A DNA stretch of 64,000 nt, taken from the NCBI GenBank assembly GCA_013265495.1, contig MU059161.1, positions 5,665,598 to 5,729,597 of the forward strand. Reading direction: 5' to 3'. The DNA comes from Vicugna vicugna (taxonomy: Eukaryota). Position 1 is the stretch's first letter. Every line of letters starts with the position of its first letter. Positions 10,613 through 21,995 of the stretch are shown here, one piece after another. A program made the position numbers and the translations under genes. The notes below the pieces were generated by a model. That model saw nothing but the letters and a program-made list of their open reading frames with translations, made no database searches and was not told the DNA's origin.

Positions 10613-10650
10613 AAAGGATGACCAGCCCCCGTTGTCTTCTTCATGGCTTT
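10613..10650 (-). CDS. LCP2: LCP2 exon 6 (ESHEEDNGGWSSF)
   Basis: 38 nt, ccacag|AA...TTT|gtgagt; read by hand. Confidence 0.96.
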
Positions 10651-11215
10651 CTGTGGAAGAGGATAACGCCATCATCAGTACCGAGGAAGCCCCGGGAGGG
10701 GCGGTCAGAGCAGCCCCCCACTGCTAGGATGCCCCCCTCCCCCGCTGCCTCCTCCCACCCCGGCCTTCATCCTCCCTCCCAGGGCGTTAACCATTTAGTA
10801 CTGGCCCTAGGAGTTTTACCTGAAGGCTCCTTCTACCAGACAGGGGTTCTCAGCCTTTCCCATGCATAAAGGTCACCTGCTGCTTTAAAATATGCAGGTA
10901 CCCAGGTCCTGTCCCTAGAGCTTCTGATTCAGCCTTTTAACAGGATGTGCAGTTTAACAGTTGAATAACTGCTTTAAAGACTCAGAAGCAGTGGGATTAG
11001 CTCCCCTCAGGTGCTCATTCAAAGCCCCGGTTCTTCCATGCACCCCGGGTCTTCCATGCACCCCCTCACTGTGTCTCTGCAGAGGATCCCCTCTGAGCAG
11101 GGGCCAGAGCCAGGTGCTGGCACAGTGACATGTCTCCTCCCCTCAATCTGGACCAGCAGACAGCACTGAAGTGCCTGTCATCTCCCAAAGCAGTCGCTCT
11201 CTCCCCGAGACTCAC

Positions 11216-11247
11216 CTGTCTCCTCGGGAAACCGCTGGACTTGGGGT
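11216..11247 (-). CDS. LCP2: LCP2 exon 5 (PQVQRFPEET)
   Basis: 32 nt, ttgcag|A...G|gtgagt; frame continuous with exons 4 and 6. Confidence 0.96.
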
Positions 11248-11664
11248 CTGCAAGGCAAATAGCATTGCATTAATGGCCCTACAGACATAGGGCGACCTCC
11301 CTCTTTCCTCAGCCCCGCCCTAAAAAAGGAGCCCCTGGGGAGGGTATGTGGGTATGTCTCACCACCCAGGACCCTCTTCTTGTTGCTCCACAACCCAGCC
11401 CAGGCTGCCTGAAAATTCTGGAAACTACCAAAGCCATGTTGGTGCCAAGGCTGGGAGCTCGTGACTGCCTGACTTTCTAGGAGAAGCTCCCCGGCTGCCC
11501 CAGACTCGGGGCAGGATGCAGGGCAGCGGGGGGAGCCCCTGGAACTGAAGGATCGCTGCAGATCAAAAATGGGGACAAACCAGTCCCGTGCCTCCCATGA
11601 GAGATTAGACTTGGGTTTGCAAATTCCTTGCGTTTCACTCCGGTCCCTCACCAGTCCCACTCAC

Positions 11665-11730
11665 TTGCGTGTGAAAATGCTCCTTCTCTCTTCATTCTTG
11701 TTGATTTCTTGACTTAACTTACTGAGAATC
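11665..11730 (-). CDS. LCP2: LCP2 exon 4 (ILSKLSQEINKNEERRSIFTR)
   Basis: 66 nt, tatag|G...AA|gtgagt, phase 2-2; end of ORF 11661..11936. Confidence 0.97.
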
Positions 11731-13499
11731 CTATAAGACAAAGGGACTGCTGAGGTAACACAGCCATTATCTCTCCCACACCCCAGCCTTCCTCGCACTG
11801 AGCCCTGAAGTTCCCTGATCCGTGTGACCTCAGGCACCTGGGCCAAGCTCAACCTGCCTCCTCCTCCAGCCTCCAGCCAGTCCCTACACAATGCGGCCTC
11901 TGCTCCTCCCTTGCTCCCAGAACGTGTCACCTCCATCTCCCTGCCAGTCCCTGCCCCTGCCCAGGAACCTCTCTGCGTCTGGCTCAGCCTCCTGGGTCTA
12001 GCTCAGAGCCCCTCCGGGAAGACCGCCAGCTTGCACCTGGCTCCTTCTTGGAAACCCTGCAGCCTTATGCTCTGGAGATGACCGCCTTGCACTTTGTTGT
12101 GTTAGTACTCCTGGGGCTGAGGTGCCCTGACTCTCGGTTTGGCATCCCTGTGGTGATGTCTGGCTTCTAGAAATCTTCAAACCGTCTCAGAGCCTCGGAG
12201 GAACCAGCTGCTCATTGCATAACTCTTTACGAGAGCTAAGGTGGGCTTCTTTGGCCTGAAACCTCCTTCCATTCTCTACTCCCTGACTCCTCCTTGGTGA
12301 CATGGATTCTTATACACACTTGGTGAGGTGTTCCTGATCCAGGGACAGCCTGCAGAGTGGGAGACTCCGTGAATCACCCATGGCCGGAGGTTATCCTTGC
12401 CAAGGACCGCCTATTCCTTGGGTGCTGTGAACTAGCAAGTCTCCAAACCTCCAAGCGCAGCACGGCACACCCTGGCAGTAAGTGTCCACTCCGTGGGCTC
12501 TCTGGAACCTCCAGAATGACAAGAGGCTCCAGCCTCCCTTAGCACCATTGCTGAGACCAAGGGAGCCCTCAACAGTAGATGGACTCACGTTCCCTAGAGA
12601 TTTAGGGTAGCTGGTGGAGCCCCATAGGTGAGCTAGTCCAGCGTCCTTATACAGATGGGGCCACAGGCCCGGACAAAGGAAGGCACCGGCCTGCAGTCGC
12701 GGGTTCGTGATGAAGGCCACCCTCTCCGCACAACACAGACCAGCCCCCGAAGCCAGACTCCCTAATCTCCGGAGCAGCACGCTTTCAGCACATAGCATCC
12801 CGTGTTACTGCCCTGTGTGCCCTGGGGGTGAAAGCCATTGAGCCGGCGGCCCATCTGGGAATGACCCCGAGTCTACACGCCTGTTTAAGTGACCACCTCA
12901 AGGTAACAAGTTTGGCCTAAAAATTGCTGAGTTAGCAAAAGCAGTCTCGGCACCCACCATTTCTTGCTGCCCTCCTCATCCCCCAGCCCCCGTTCCTCCC
13001 TGCTTCTCCCTGGGAACTGCTGCTCAACTCATTAGAATGACAAGGTAAATGAATTTCAGTCAACACGCTGGGGGCTCAGGAGGACCGAGAAGGAAGGAGG
13101 GCAGCTTCAATCCTAGTCACAATGTCATTGATGGAATTTCACACGTCACTAGGGAGACGCTTTAAAGCAGGGGTGGGGCTTCCCAGTGGCCTCCTCATCA
13201 CACCACCAGAATGTGGTTCTGTTTCCTTTAAGCTATTGTTTTGAGAAGCCGGTGGGAGGCCCTCTCCTTCCCTCCCTGACATGCGATGGAGGGGCGCCTG
13301 CAGAACTCAGGGGATCCTGCGCCCTGGCTAGGTGAGGCACTGGTGGCTGCAGCCACCACGACCCCAACTCAGTCACCCCTTCATTCAACAACGTGCGCTA
13401 AAGGGCCTTCTAAGTGCCGGGAGCTCTGCTGGGAGCTCAGCGAGCAAAGCAGACAGGGATGCCTGCACTCAGGAGCGCACCTGCCAGCGGAGAGGGACG

Positions 13500-14300
13500 G
13501 GCAGTAAACAGTGAACATTTAAGGAAGTGAAATTTGAGGTGAGAGCCGTGCGTGCACACGCAGCGGCGGTGCGGGCTGGGTGAGGCGGCCGGGGCGCGTG
13601 GGTGCCGTGCGGTTGCAATCGAAAATGAGCGGGCCTCGGCGAGGAGGCGAGGTCTCGGGAACGACCTGACGAAGAGGGTGCTGGGCAGCATCTCGACGTC
13701 CCCAGTCCCCCAGAGCGTTTGGGGGGCCCCCCCGACTGGCTTGGCAGCCGCTTTGATCCTGAAAAGACCTCGCGCTCTCTGCGGTACCTCTTTTTTACCA
13801 GTATCTTTAGCAGCCAGGCTGGAGGCTGCTGGGGCTCTAAGTGGTGAAGGAAGGAAATGTCAAACCACAGGCCCCCACAGAGGAGCAGTAGGTTGCTGAG
13901 AGAGAACAGAGCGGGCCCGGCAGTCCAGCCTGCAGCAGATGCAGGCTCCCAGGGCCTCCTGCTTTGGGGGCCCTCAAAGCACACCTTCCCAGCCAGCTGG
14001 GACCACTGCTGGGGGGGCGCGTGCACAGGACTGCGGTGCTGATGGATAAAGCAGGAAGTCATTGCTACATCTGTGTGCAAACCTCTGAAGTTGTCCCCCA
14101 CTCCCACACCCCCAGAGGACCAAGTGACAGTGAGTGGCCGGAGGTGACTCATTCCGCCTCCTCCCCACAAACCCCAGGCAGCACTCAGCACCAGGGAGAG
14201 AGGCCGAGGGGGCTGGGCAGCGGGTAAACATAGTTCTCACTGCCTCGCCTTAGCCCTAGAAGTGGGGCGAACCCCGCTACAGGAAGTCAGGCCAAGACAG
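13500..14300. promoter_or_regulatory. CpG-rich intron 3 candidate enhancer (EICE, ETS, RUNX motifs)
   Basis: GGAAGTGAAA 13523-13532; AGGAAATG next to AACCACA 13852-13869; CAGGAAGT at 14052 and 14280; dense CpG about 13545-13790. Confidence 0.55.
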
Positions 14301-14770
14301 CACACAGAGCCCTGCCACGACCTGGGCTCCAGTCCCGGCTGCAGCCCTGGCTTGCTGTGTGCGGGGACTAGTCTTTGACCTTCATTGAAGGCCTCTCATG
14401 GTGATGTTAGAAGGCACAGCGGGTGGGATGGGGGCCTTGTTGAGTCTGACTGTAGCATCCTGCCCAAGGGCAGTGCCCACCGTGTGACCTCAGGCAAGGG
14501 GTCCCTAGACCCCGATTGTGCATCAGCAGAATGAGGGGCTTGGTCCTGATGAGGGAATCCCTGACTAGCCCGACCACAGGGATCACACGGGGGCACCTGC
14601 TATGAACACTCATTACCAGGGCTGCTGGAGGCTTAACCCACCAGAACCTCCAGGGAAGAGGCCTGGGGCGCAGTAACTTCGAGCACCCCATGACACAGGT
14701 GGTCCCTATGGTCTGAAAAGGTTGTGAAATCACTCCTGGTATTCTTGGAGTTGTTTTTAAAAAGTTAAAA

Positions 14771-14847
14771 AGGAGGAGGAGATGGAGGAAGAGGAGGAGA
14801 TGGGGGAGGAGAGGAGGATGGAGATGGAGGAGGAGGAGGAGATGGAG
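14771..14847 (+). repeat. Purine-rich (GGA/GAT)n low-complexity tract
   Basis: Direct read. Confidence 0.9.
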
Positions 14848-16532
14848 CCAAGCCTTCCAGAATTCTGTCCTGTCACATGAAGAGCCAGGGAGAAGCCAGG
14901 ACATCAGTCTCAGGGCTTGGACCTCGGTGGGGAACCATACGTGGGAAGGGGAACCGAAAATCAGAGGGCACAGCACGGCGTCCCCGCCTCTCAGCCATGA
15001 CCTCCACCCCAGCAGTTTTACAAGTTCCCTTTTACTTGTGCTTCACGGTCATGTTGTGCAGCAGGCAGGAAGAGTTATTCCCATGTTTACCAACAGGGAA
15101 AGCAAGGCGCTGGGAGAGGTGTTTGTCAACGGCCCCTTGGCCGGTGTTTTGCATGGAGCTGAGTGGAAGTCGGGTGTTCTGGGCCCCCCTGGGGAGAAGG
15201 AGTGCCGGCCGGTTGAAGGGAGGCTCTTTTCATGTGGGGAGGACAGGGAACCTGGACAGGGATGAGCCAATGAATGAGGGAGGGAAGGAGCAAGTGGGAG
15301 AGGGACCGACCCGGCCGCTGCCTCGGTTCTGCTGCAGGCTGGGCACGTCTCTCATGACGGCTGTGTTCACCCTGGGGCCCTCCCTCCATTCTTCCTCCCT
15401 TCTTCTTCCGCTGTCTCTTCTACCTCAGGCAGGCACTGAGCAGATGAGACAGGAGGCTGTCTCTGCTGTTAGGAGAGCTGCAGCCTTATCAGGAAGGCAG
15501 ACAAGTCAACAGGCATGACCACACTACCTCTCCGATTGGACATCAGCCTTTCCCAGTCTAACTGCACTGTGGTAATGGGCGCGGTGAGCATTCATACCAT
15601 ACAGGCAATCACCCAGCACCTATGGTTGCTGACATCACCAACCCTTCGCTGCCCTCTCCTTAATTTTTTTAAAGTTACACTGTGGATTTAAATTACAAAA
15701 CTTACAGCATTAAAAAATTAATAAACTCCAAATGGGTATCAGCAGATTTCAACCTGTATTCTGATTTAACCAGATCGTGAGCAGCTATACAATGGGTGTT
15801 AGACCAGACCTTCTAAAAAGAGGTGTTACAGTTTTATTTAAAAACCCTCCTCCGTTAGAGTATTCATGTTGTCTCTGGGAAAAACCGTGTCCTGAGACGG
15901 TGACTATATATCCGCAGACAGAGAAATCTTCCTTGCCAGAACCTACCTTCTTACAAAATCTGTCTAATGCTGTTTTGTTTTGGTTTGGTTTGGTTTGGTT
16001 TTTTTACGCACCAGGGAAGAAAACTGAGCTATTCAGAGCAGTGTGATCTTATTTCGGTCTGCTGGTGCATAAACATAGTGTCTTTTCCATAACCCTTAAG
16101 GGTGATGATCACAACAAATGAACCTGTGTACAAGGGAAGGGAATAAGCACCGAACGTCTACACGCATCGAGGACGGCACCAGGGCCGCCCCCTTCGTGTC
16201 TACACGCAGGGGAGCTCCTTCTTTTTTCTTCCAAAGATGAGGAAACTGAGGCTCAGTGGGTCGAAGTGACTTTCCCGAGTCCCACAGCTGGTAGGAGGCA
16301 GAGCCCTCTTCAGAAGAGCCTGGATCTCCTTCGCTCCAAAGCCCATGCCTTTCTGATTTTTAATCCTCCCCCTTCAGCAAGATAAAATAATCAGTGAGAG
16401 TCTGACACGGTGCTCATTGTGATTTTGCCTACGATAGTCAGAATAGCCAAAGCATCTTCAGTATGTTTTATTATTTCCCCATTATTTCCTCTAACTCTGC
16501 CACTGATCCTTTGAGGTAGGCTCTGTTTTTCT

Positions 16533-16780
16533 TTTAATTGAAGTAGAGTTGATTTACAATCGTGTGTTAGTTTCTGGTGTACAGCACAGTGATTCGGTTA
16601 TATAAATATTCTTTCTCATTAAAGTTTATTGCAAGCTATTGAGTATAGTTCCCTGTGCTATACAGTAGGACCTTGTTGTTTATCTGTTCTGCTGTTCTGT
16701 ATATAGTAGTTTGTATCTGCTAATCCCAAACTCCCAGTTTATCCACACACACCCCCTCCCCACCTTTCCCCTTTGGTTGG
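16533..16780 (-). mobile_element. L1 3' end fragment inserted in a MIR
   Basis: TTTTAATTGAAGTAGAGTTGATTTACAAT...GTTCCCTGTGCTATACAGTAGGACC, typical of cetartiodactyl L1 3' ends. Confidence 0.8.
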
Positions 16781-17479
16781 TCCTGTTATTGTGTCCATTT
16801 TACAGATGAGGAAGCTGAGGCTCAGGGAACCCAGTTAACTTGTCCACAGACTCGCAGCTAGGGAATGGAAGAGTTGAGTCTCGTGTCGTCTGACCTCGGA
16901 GCCTGCCCTTTTACTCAGAAAGCCCTCCTATCTGCCTGTTCAGATCTAAAATAATATCCTTTAAAAGGAAAAGCCCATGCAGTTCATGTAACCCATTCCT
17001 TCATTTTATAGTCTGGGACACTGAGGGTGGTCAAGGACTCATTCCAGCCTCAGAGCTCACAGCAGTAGAGCTGGAATTGGTGCTTATTACACCTTTCTGC
17101 CAAAAGGGATGGTGACTCTGAGAGTCACCGATCGGGGCAGCCCAGCCCCTCCCTGGACGCCTTCCCCATCACTCCCCACGCTCCCCCTTCACATTCCCTG
17201 GGCAGACCTCACAGCTTGTCTGGGGCACACATTCAAAATCAGAGGGGGATTTTACTGCAGCCCAAGTTGTTGTTTTAGATTTCAAATAATTAAAGGAATA
17301 GTCTACCCCAACCTCACACACAGCGAGAGTGTTTATTTATAGCCATCCTTCTGCGCTAACTGGCAGCCGCTTCAGACAGACATCAGCTGAGCTCAGTCTT
17401 AAGATAAAAAGGATCTTCGCAGCAGAAAGAGCCTTCATCTTCACAGCCACAGCCTCAGAGAAGCTCCCACCTCATGGGG

Positions 17480-18105
17480 GAATCACAGCCATCATCCTCT
17501 AACTGGGTTCCATGCCTCCAGCTGAGCCCTCCTCTAAATCGTCTTTTACAGTCCCCCGCAGCCAAGATGCAGGTTGTCCCTCAGTGTTCTCCCTGGTGCA
17601 CTCACTTCACCACCCTTCTCAGCCTCCTTAGAACGGCTCACACTTCCTTCATAATTGTGACCAGCCACTGTGGCCTTTTTGCTTTCCACTCCCCACCCGT
17701 ACAGCCCAGCTGCTCTGACACACTCGCAGTTCCAGCAAACACACTGGTGCCACGCCTTTGCAACATATCTCCCCTTCCTAGAACGTCCATCCACTGTTCT
17801 TCATCTGATCACTCTTAATACATCCCCAAATCCAGCTTAGGTTCCTTTCCTCCCAAAAGTCTGTCCTGAATGCTAGCGGGAAATGACTGCTGCCTTCCTG
17901 CTCCCACTGGACTTGTACACGCAGGTGCCTCAGCCCTGCTGTCACTGCAGTGCAATTGATTTGTGTATCTGACCCTCCCTTCAGAATGTCAGTGTCCTGG
18001 GGTGGGGATTCTGTCCCTTATCTCTGTAGCATGAGTAACTAACAAAGGCCTGACCCACTGTAGGTATTCAGTAGCAGTTCATTAAATGAATGAAATATGA
18101 ATGAA
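17480..18105 (+). mobile_element. L2 3' fragment
   Basis: Pyrimidine-rich decayed L2 text ending TAAATGAATGAAATATGAATGAA. Confidence 0.6.
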
Positions 18106-18169
18106 GTGATAATATTGTATGAGGTCTAGGAGATGCAAACTCAAATGCCCTCAAGGGTCAAGTATATAC

Positions 18170-19860
18170 ATATATATGTCCTGATATGCTTCATTTCCTG
18201 GTGCAGAACCAGGTTTATACCTGGAACCCTCTCCCTTCTGCCTGAAGGAGTTTCTTTAACCTTTGCGGTAGTGCAAGGCAGCTGGTGATGAATTTTTTCA
18301 GATTGTCAATGTCTGAAAAGACTTTATTTTTAAAGATCCTTTTGCTGGATATTAAACTCTAGGTTGACAGTAATTTTCTTTCAGTCCTTTGAAACCTTGC
18401 TCCACTATCTTCCCATTTGAATTGTTTCTGATGAGAAGTAGCTGTCTCCCTTATGTTTGTGCCTCTGGATGTGATGTCTTTTTTCTCCGACTGCTTTTAA
18501 GATCTTCCCTTTATCACTGGTTTTAAGCAATTTGATTCTGATATACCTTGGGGGTAGTTTTCTACCTGTTTCTTGGGCTTGGAGTTTGTTCAGCTTCTTG
18601 GATCTATGGGTTTATCATTTTCATCCAATTTGAACAATTTTCAGCCATTACTTCTTCAAATATTACCTTTCTGTCTTCTCCTGCCCCCTTGCACATGCAC
18701 ACTTCTTCCTCTCCTTTGGACTTTACTTACACATATATTAGGCAACTTGAAGTTGTCCTAGAGTTCCCTAGTGCTCTTTTCATTGTCTCATTTCAATTCT
18801 GCTTTCTCTGTGTGTTTCATTTTGGGGTAGCTTCCATAGCTGTAGCTTCATGTTGACTAACATTTTCTTCTGCAGCGTTTAATCTGCTATCAATACCAAA
18901 CAGTGTTGTTCTCATCTCACATACCATCGTTTCCATATCTAGAAGTTGCACTTGGGTCCTTTTGTATTTCTCATGCTTCCACTTAACTTTTTGAACACAC
19001 GGAATCTAGTGATATTGTCCTTGTTCAGCAAGTAGCTTTGTCAGTTCAGTTTTGACGCGTTGTTTTTTTTCCTCCCAATTACAGATCACCTTTTCCCACT
19101 TGTCTATACGCCCATCCATCTTTGATTGGATGTTTGACATTGTGGATTTTACTCTCTGAGGGATGGATATTTTTGCATTCCTATAAATATTTTTGAGCTT
19201 TGCTTTGGGATACAGTTAAGTTGCCTGGGAATGGCTTAAATTTTTTTTTTTCTTCACTCTTGCTCTTAAGGTTCACAAGGCAAGGCCAGAAGGGTTTTTA
19301 GGCTAGGGCTGATAATTCCCCACTGCAGAGGCAAGCTCCCTCTGTGTGCTCTACTCAGTGACTGTGAATCTGGAGCTTTTCCAATCTGGCATATAGAAAC
19401 AGGCACCGTTTCCAGCCCTGTGACTGGCTGCTGTGACCTCTCACCCTTTGGGGTAGCTCTTTTGCCAGCTCCAGGCAGTTTCCTTACATGCGTGCACTGA
19501 CCACATTCTGCTGAAGCGCGACCCTCTGCTGTTCTCCAGAAAATGTTCTCTGTGCAGCTCTCTCCTCTCTGGTACCTATTCAGTGAACTCTTAGGCTTCC
19601 TGACTCACAGCTCTGTCTCCTCAACTCAAGGCATTCACCAGCCTTGCACTTATGTTCCCCACTCCTTGCACCGTGGCCTGGAGGCTCTCTCAGAGCAGAA
19701 AGGGATCATCACATTTGTTTTCCGTGTCTCCTCATCTGATGTCCAGTGTCTTAAAAAGTGCTGCTTCATGTATCTTATCTGGTTATTTGGTTATTTCAGT
19801 GGGATTCTATTACTTCTTGATGGTCAGAAAGCCAAAATCTGCATGCATATGATATAAATC
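18170..19860 (-). mobile_element. Ancient L1 (L1M-type 5'/ORF1-region) fragment in LCP2 intron 3
   Basis: About 1.7 kb T-rich decayed antisense-L1 text (TTTTAAGATCTTCCCTTTATCACTGG, TCAGCCATTACTTCTTCAAATATT); no intact ORF. Confidence 0.65.
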
Positions 19861-20159
19861 ATTGAAGCACCTTAGTATAATCCCTTAGAGAGCGGTGGGA
19901 GCCATGGTGAACTAGGGAGAACAGACCCCATCTGTGCTCAGATGCAGCTCACTCTTGCCGCAGTAAGCTATGAGGCCTGAATTACCACATCTTCCATTTG
20001 TTTCTAGAGAAGCTGGGTTTTGTAGAACATTTCTCGATTTTAAAACACTGTGTGGACCAAACTTAACATGTCTGCAAACTGACTCTGGCCCACCAGCCAC
20101 CAGTTCTGACTCTTATATGTTAAGGTCTCTCCTTTACACAGAACTGTGGTCTTTTTCTA

Positions 20160-20323
20160 GAGCATCACATTTCTGCAGTTTCAGAAGTGTTCTATATCTG
20201 CACTCTCCACTACAAAAAGTAGTTATCACTTTATCTGGCTATTGAGCCCTTGAAATGTGGCTAGCGCCCCCGAGGAACTGAATTTTTAATTGAATTTAAA
20301 TTTAAATAGCCATATGTGGCTAG
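20160..20323 (+). mobile_element. MER3-type hAT MITE fragment
   Basis: GGCTATTGAGCCCTTGAAATGTGGCTAG...GAGGAACTGAATTTTTAATT signature. Confidence 0.7.
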
Positions 20324-20590
20324 AGAAAATCTTTAAGAAGAAAAAGCATCCTTTAACAATAGTTACCCCAGAGGTAGGCAGCACCAAAGGCCAATCCTTG
20401 CTCCATTTTTTTCCTTCACCCTTCCAGCTGAGGGAAACCTAAGAGTCACATTTTCCTTCGTTGAGCTACTCTGGAACTTCTACTTACTCATGAGACTTTT
20501 TAACCTTATACTTCATTGACCTACTTCCCTTTTACCGTTGTGAGCTCTGAGACTTAGAGCAAAAGAAAGGGCCTCAGAGGAAGGCCAGAG

Positions 20591-21072
20591 TAGAGATCTC
20601 AAACTGGTGCCCTCAAGACTAAATCTAGCCTATCGATAGGTTTTCTTTGGCATTCACAATATTTAAAAACATCTTGGAAGATTTAAAAATTGGGATACAT
20701 TGCATAAAACTGATATTTCTAGCTACTTTTGATAAACTTGAAAAGTGGGCATCACTGGGTCCACACTGACTGGAGCTGAGTAAGCTGCTGCTCTCTTTGG
20801 TTGGAGAATAAGATGCTGATTTACCACAGTCTCCACCACTCCCTATTGTTTCACCAACAAGGAGGCTTTGTGTTGATTACCTCTTTTATCATCGTAATTG
20901 TGCTATCATTTTTCTTATGGTGGAGAAATATTTCTCCATACCTATATTTTATTCACAGGTGGTAAAATGAAAGAGAAATCAACAGGACTTTGTATTTTTC
21001 AGCCTGGCCCGTTTTACACATTTATTATCACCTGCCTGGCTCCTATAAGCATCTGAGTATGTGAGGCTTCTA
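20591..21072 (+). mobile_element. MER102-type hAT-Charlie element (longer, MER102c-like)
   Basis: CTCAAACTGG start, CCACAGTCTCCACCACTCCCTATTG core, CCTGCCTGGCTCCTATAAGCATCTGAG end match the consensus as recalled. Confidence 0.7.
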
Positions 21073-21643
21073 CTAGAGGGACAGAAGACACAATATATAG
21101 CACAATATGCACACTAAAGCGTCCCATTTTAGCACCCATGTCAGACATCAGAAATGGCCCCGCTTTCCTCAGAATCCTTCTCAACACGATGGTCCTGACA
21201 GCCATTGCAGGCAGTCAGTACTGACAGACAAAATGACGTCCATTGTCATTCTTCATCGGGTCCAACTCTCTCATTTTACGGAGCTGGAAACTGAGGTCCA
21301 GAAAACTTAAGAAATTACTGAGTTGGTGAGGACACCATGATGAAATCTCAGATCACTTGATTCTGGTGCTGTTTCAAACAGAGGAAATGAAAACGAGGTC
21401 CGGAGTCAGGCTTATCTTTGGCAAGAGCAGCCAACACACCAGCTGGGCTGGATCTGTTACTTTTTCTTAATTCATTGTGTAACTTCTCTTCCTCATACCC
21501 TGCCCTTGCCTTCACCCTTCCTGCTCACTTTCCTATTTCAAACCAATAAATAGTGATGGATAACTGACTCAGATCCCCCTGGACGACTCCCCATTCCAAC
21601 CTCTGTTCTCCAGACCACCCAAGGAATCAGGCTGTGTACTTAC

Positions 21644-21690
21644 GGCACCCGGAGCTTAGGGAACTTCTGGATGTCATTCTCTGCCAGGTT
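21644..21690 (-). CDS. LCP2: LCP2 exon 3 (NLAENDIQKFPKLRV + 2 nt of P)
   Basis: 47 nt, ttcag|AAC...CC|gtaagt; seen at the end of ORF 21640..21969. Confidence 0.97.
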
Positions 21691-21708
21691 CTGAAATGAA
21701 GACAATGG

Positions 21709-21995
21709 TAGGTTACAACCCACAGGAAGGACTCTGGGCCAGGTCAGTAAAGTTAGGTATGAAACAATAGGGAGCAGTGGGGACTGTGGCAAACTGAAGA
21801 GTACTACCCACTCATCCATCCAAAGTGGGCAGCTTCCAGATGGTGCAAAAAGCCCGTAGGCCTGGTGTTGCCAGATCTTTTTCAAAGGGAATCCTGAAAC
21901 CTGGATTTTATATGAAATTTCTTCAGTTCTAAATACTGACAAATAATTTTGACTAAAGCAAACGAGCAAACACTGTGAGAGCTAAATCCATGGGA
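21709..21995 (-). mobile_element. MER102-type element, inverted relative to 20591-21072
   Basis: Reverse complement contains AAGATCTGGCAACACC and CCACAGTCCCCACTGCTCCCTATTG; ends about 18 nt from the exon 3 acceptor. Confidence 0.7.

Noticed and set aside
13469-14191. 240-aa minus-strand ORF in intron 3
   Set aside because: Near-cognate start, GC-rich low-complexity translation, no recognisable domain, and no fit to the LCP2 exon chain.
14877-15518. 213-aa + strand ORF
   Set aside because: No domain or splice support; antisense intronic GC-rich sequence.
15602-15756. TA|CAGG...CCTG|TA possible MITE
   Set aside because: Only 4 bp of terminal inverted repeat and no family recognised.
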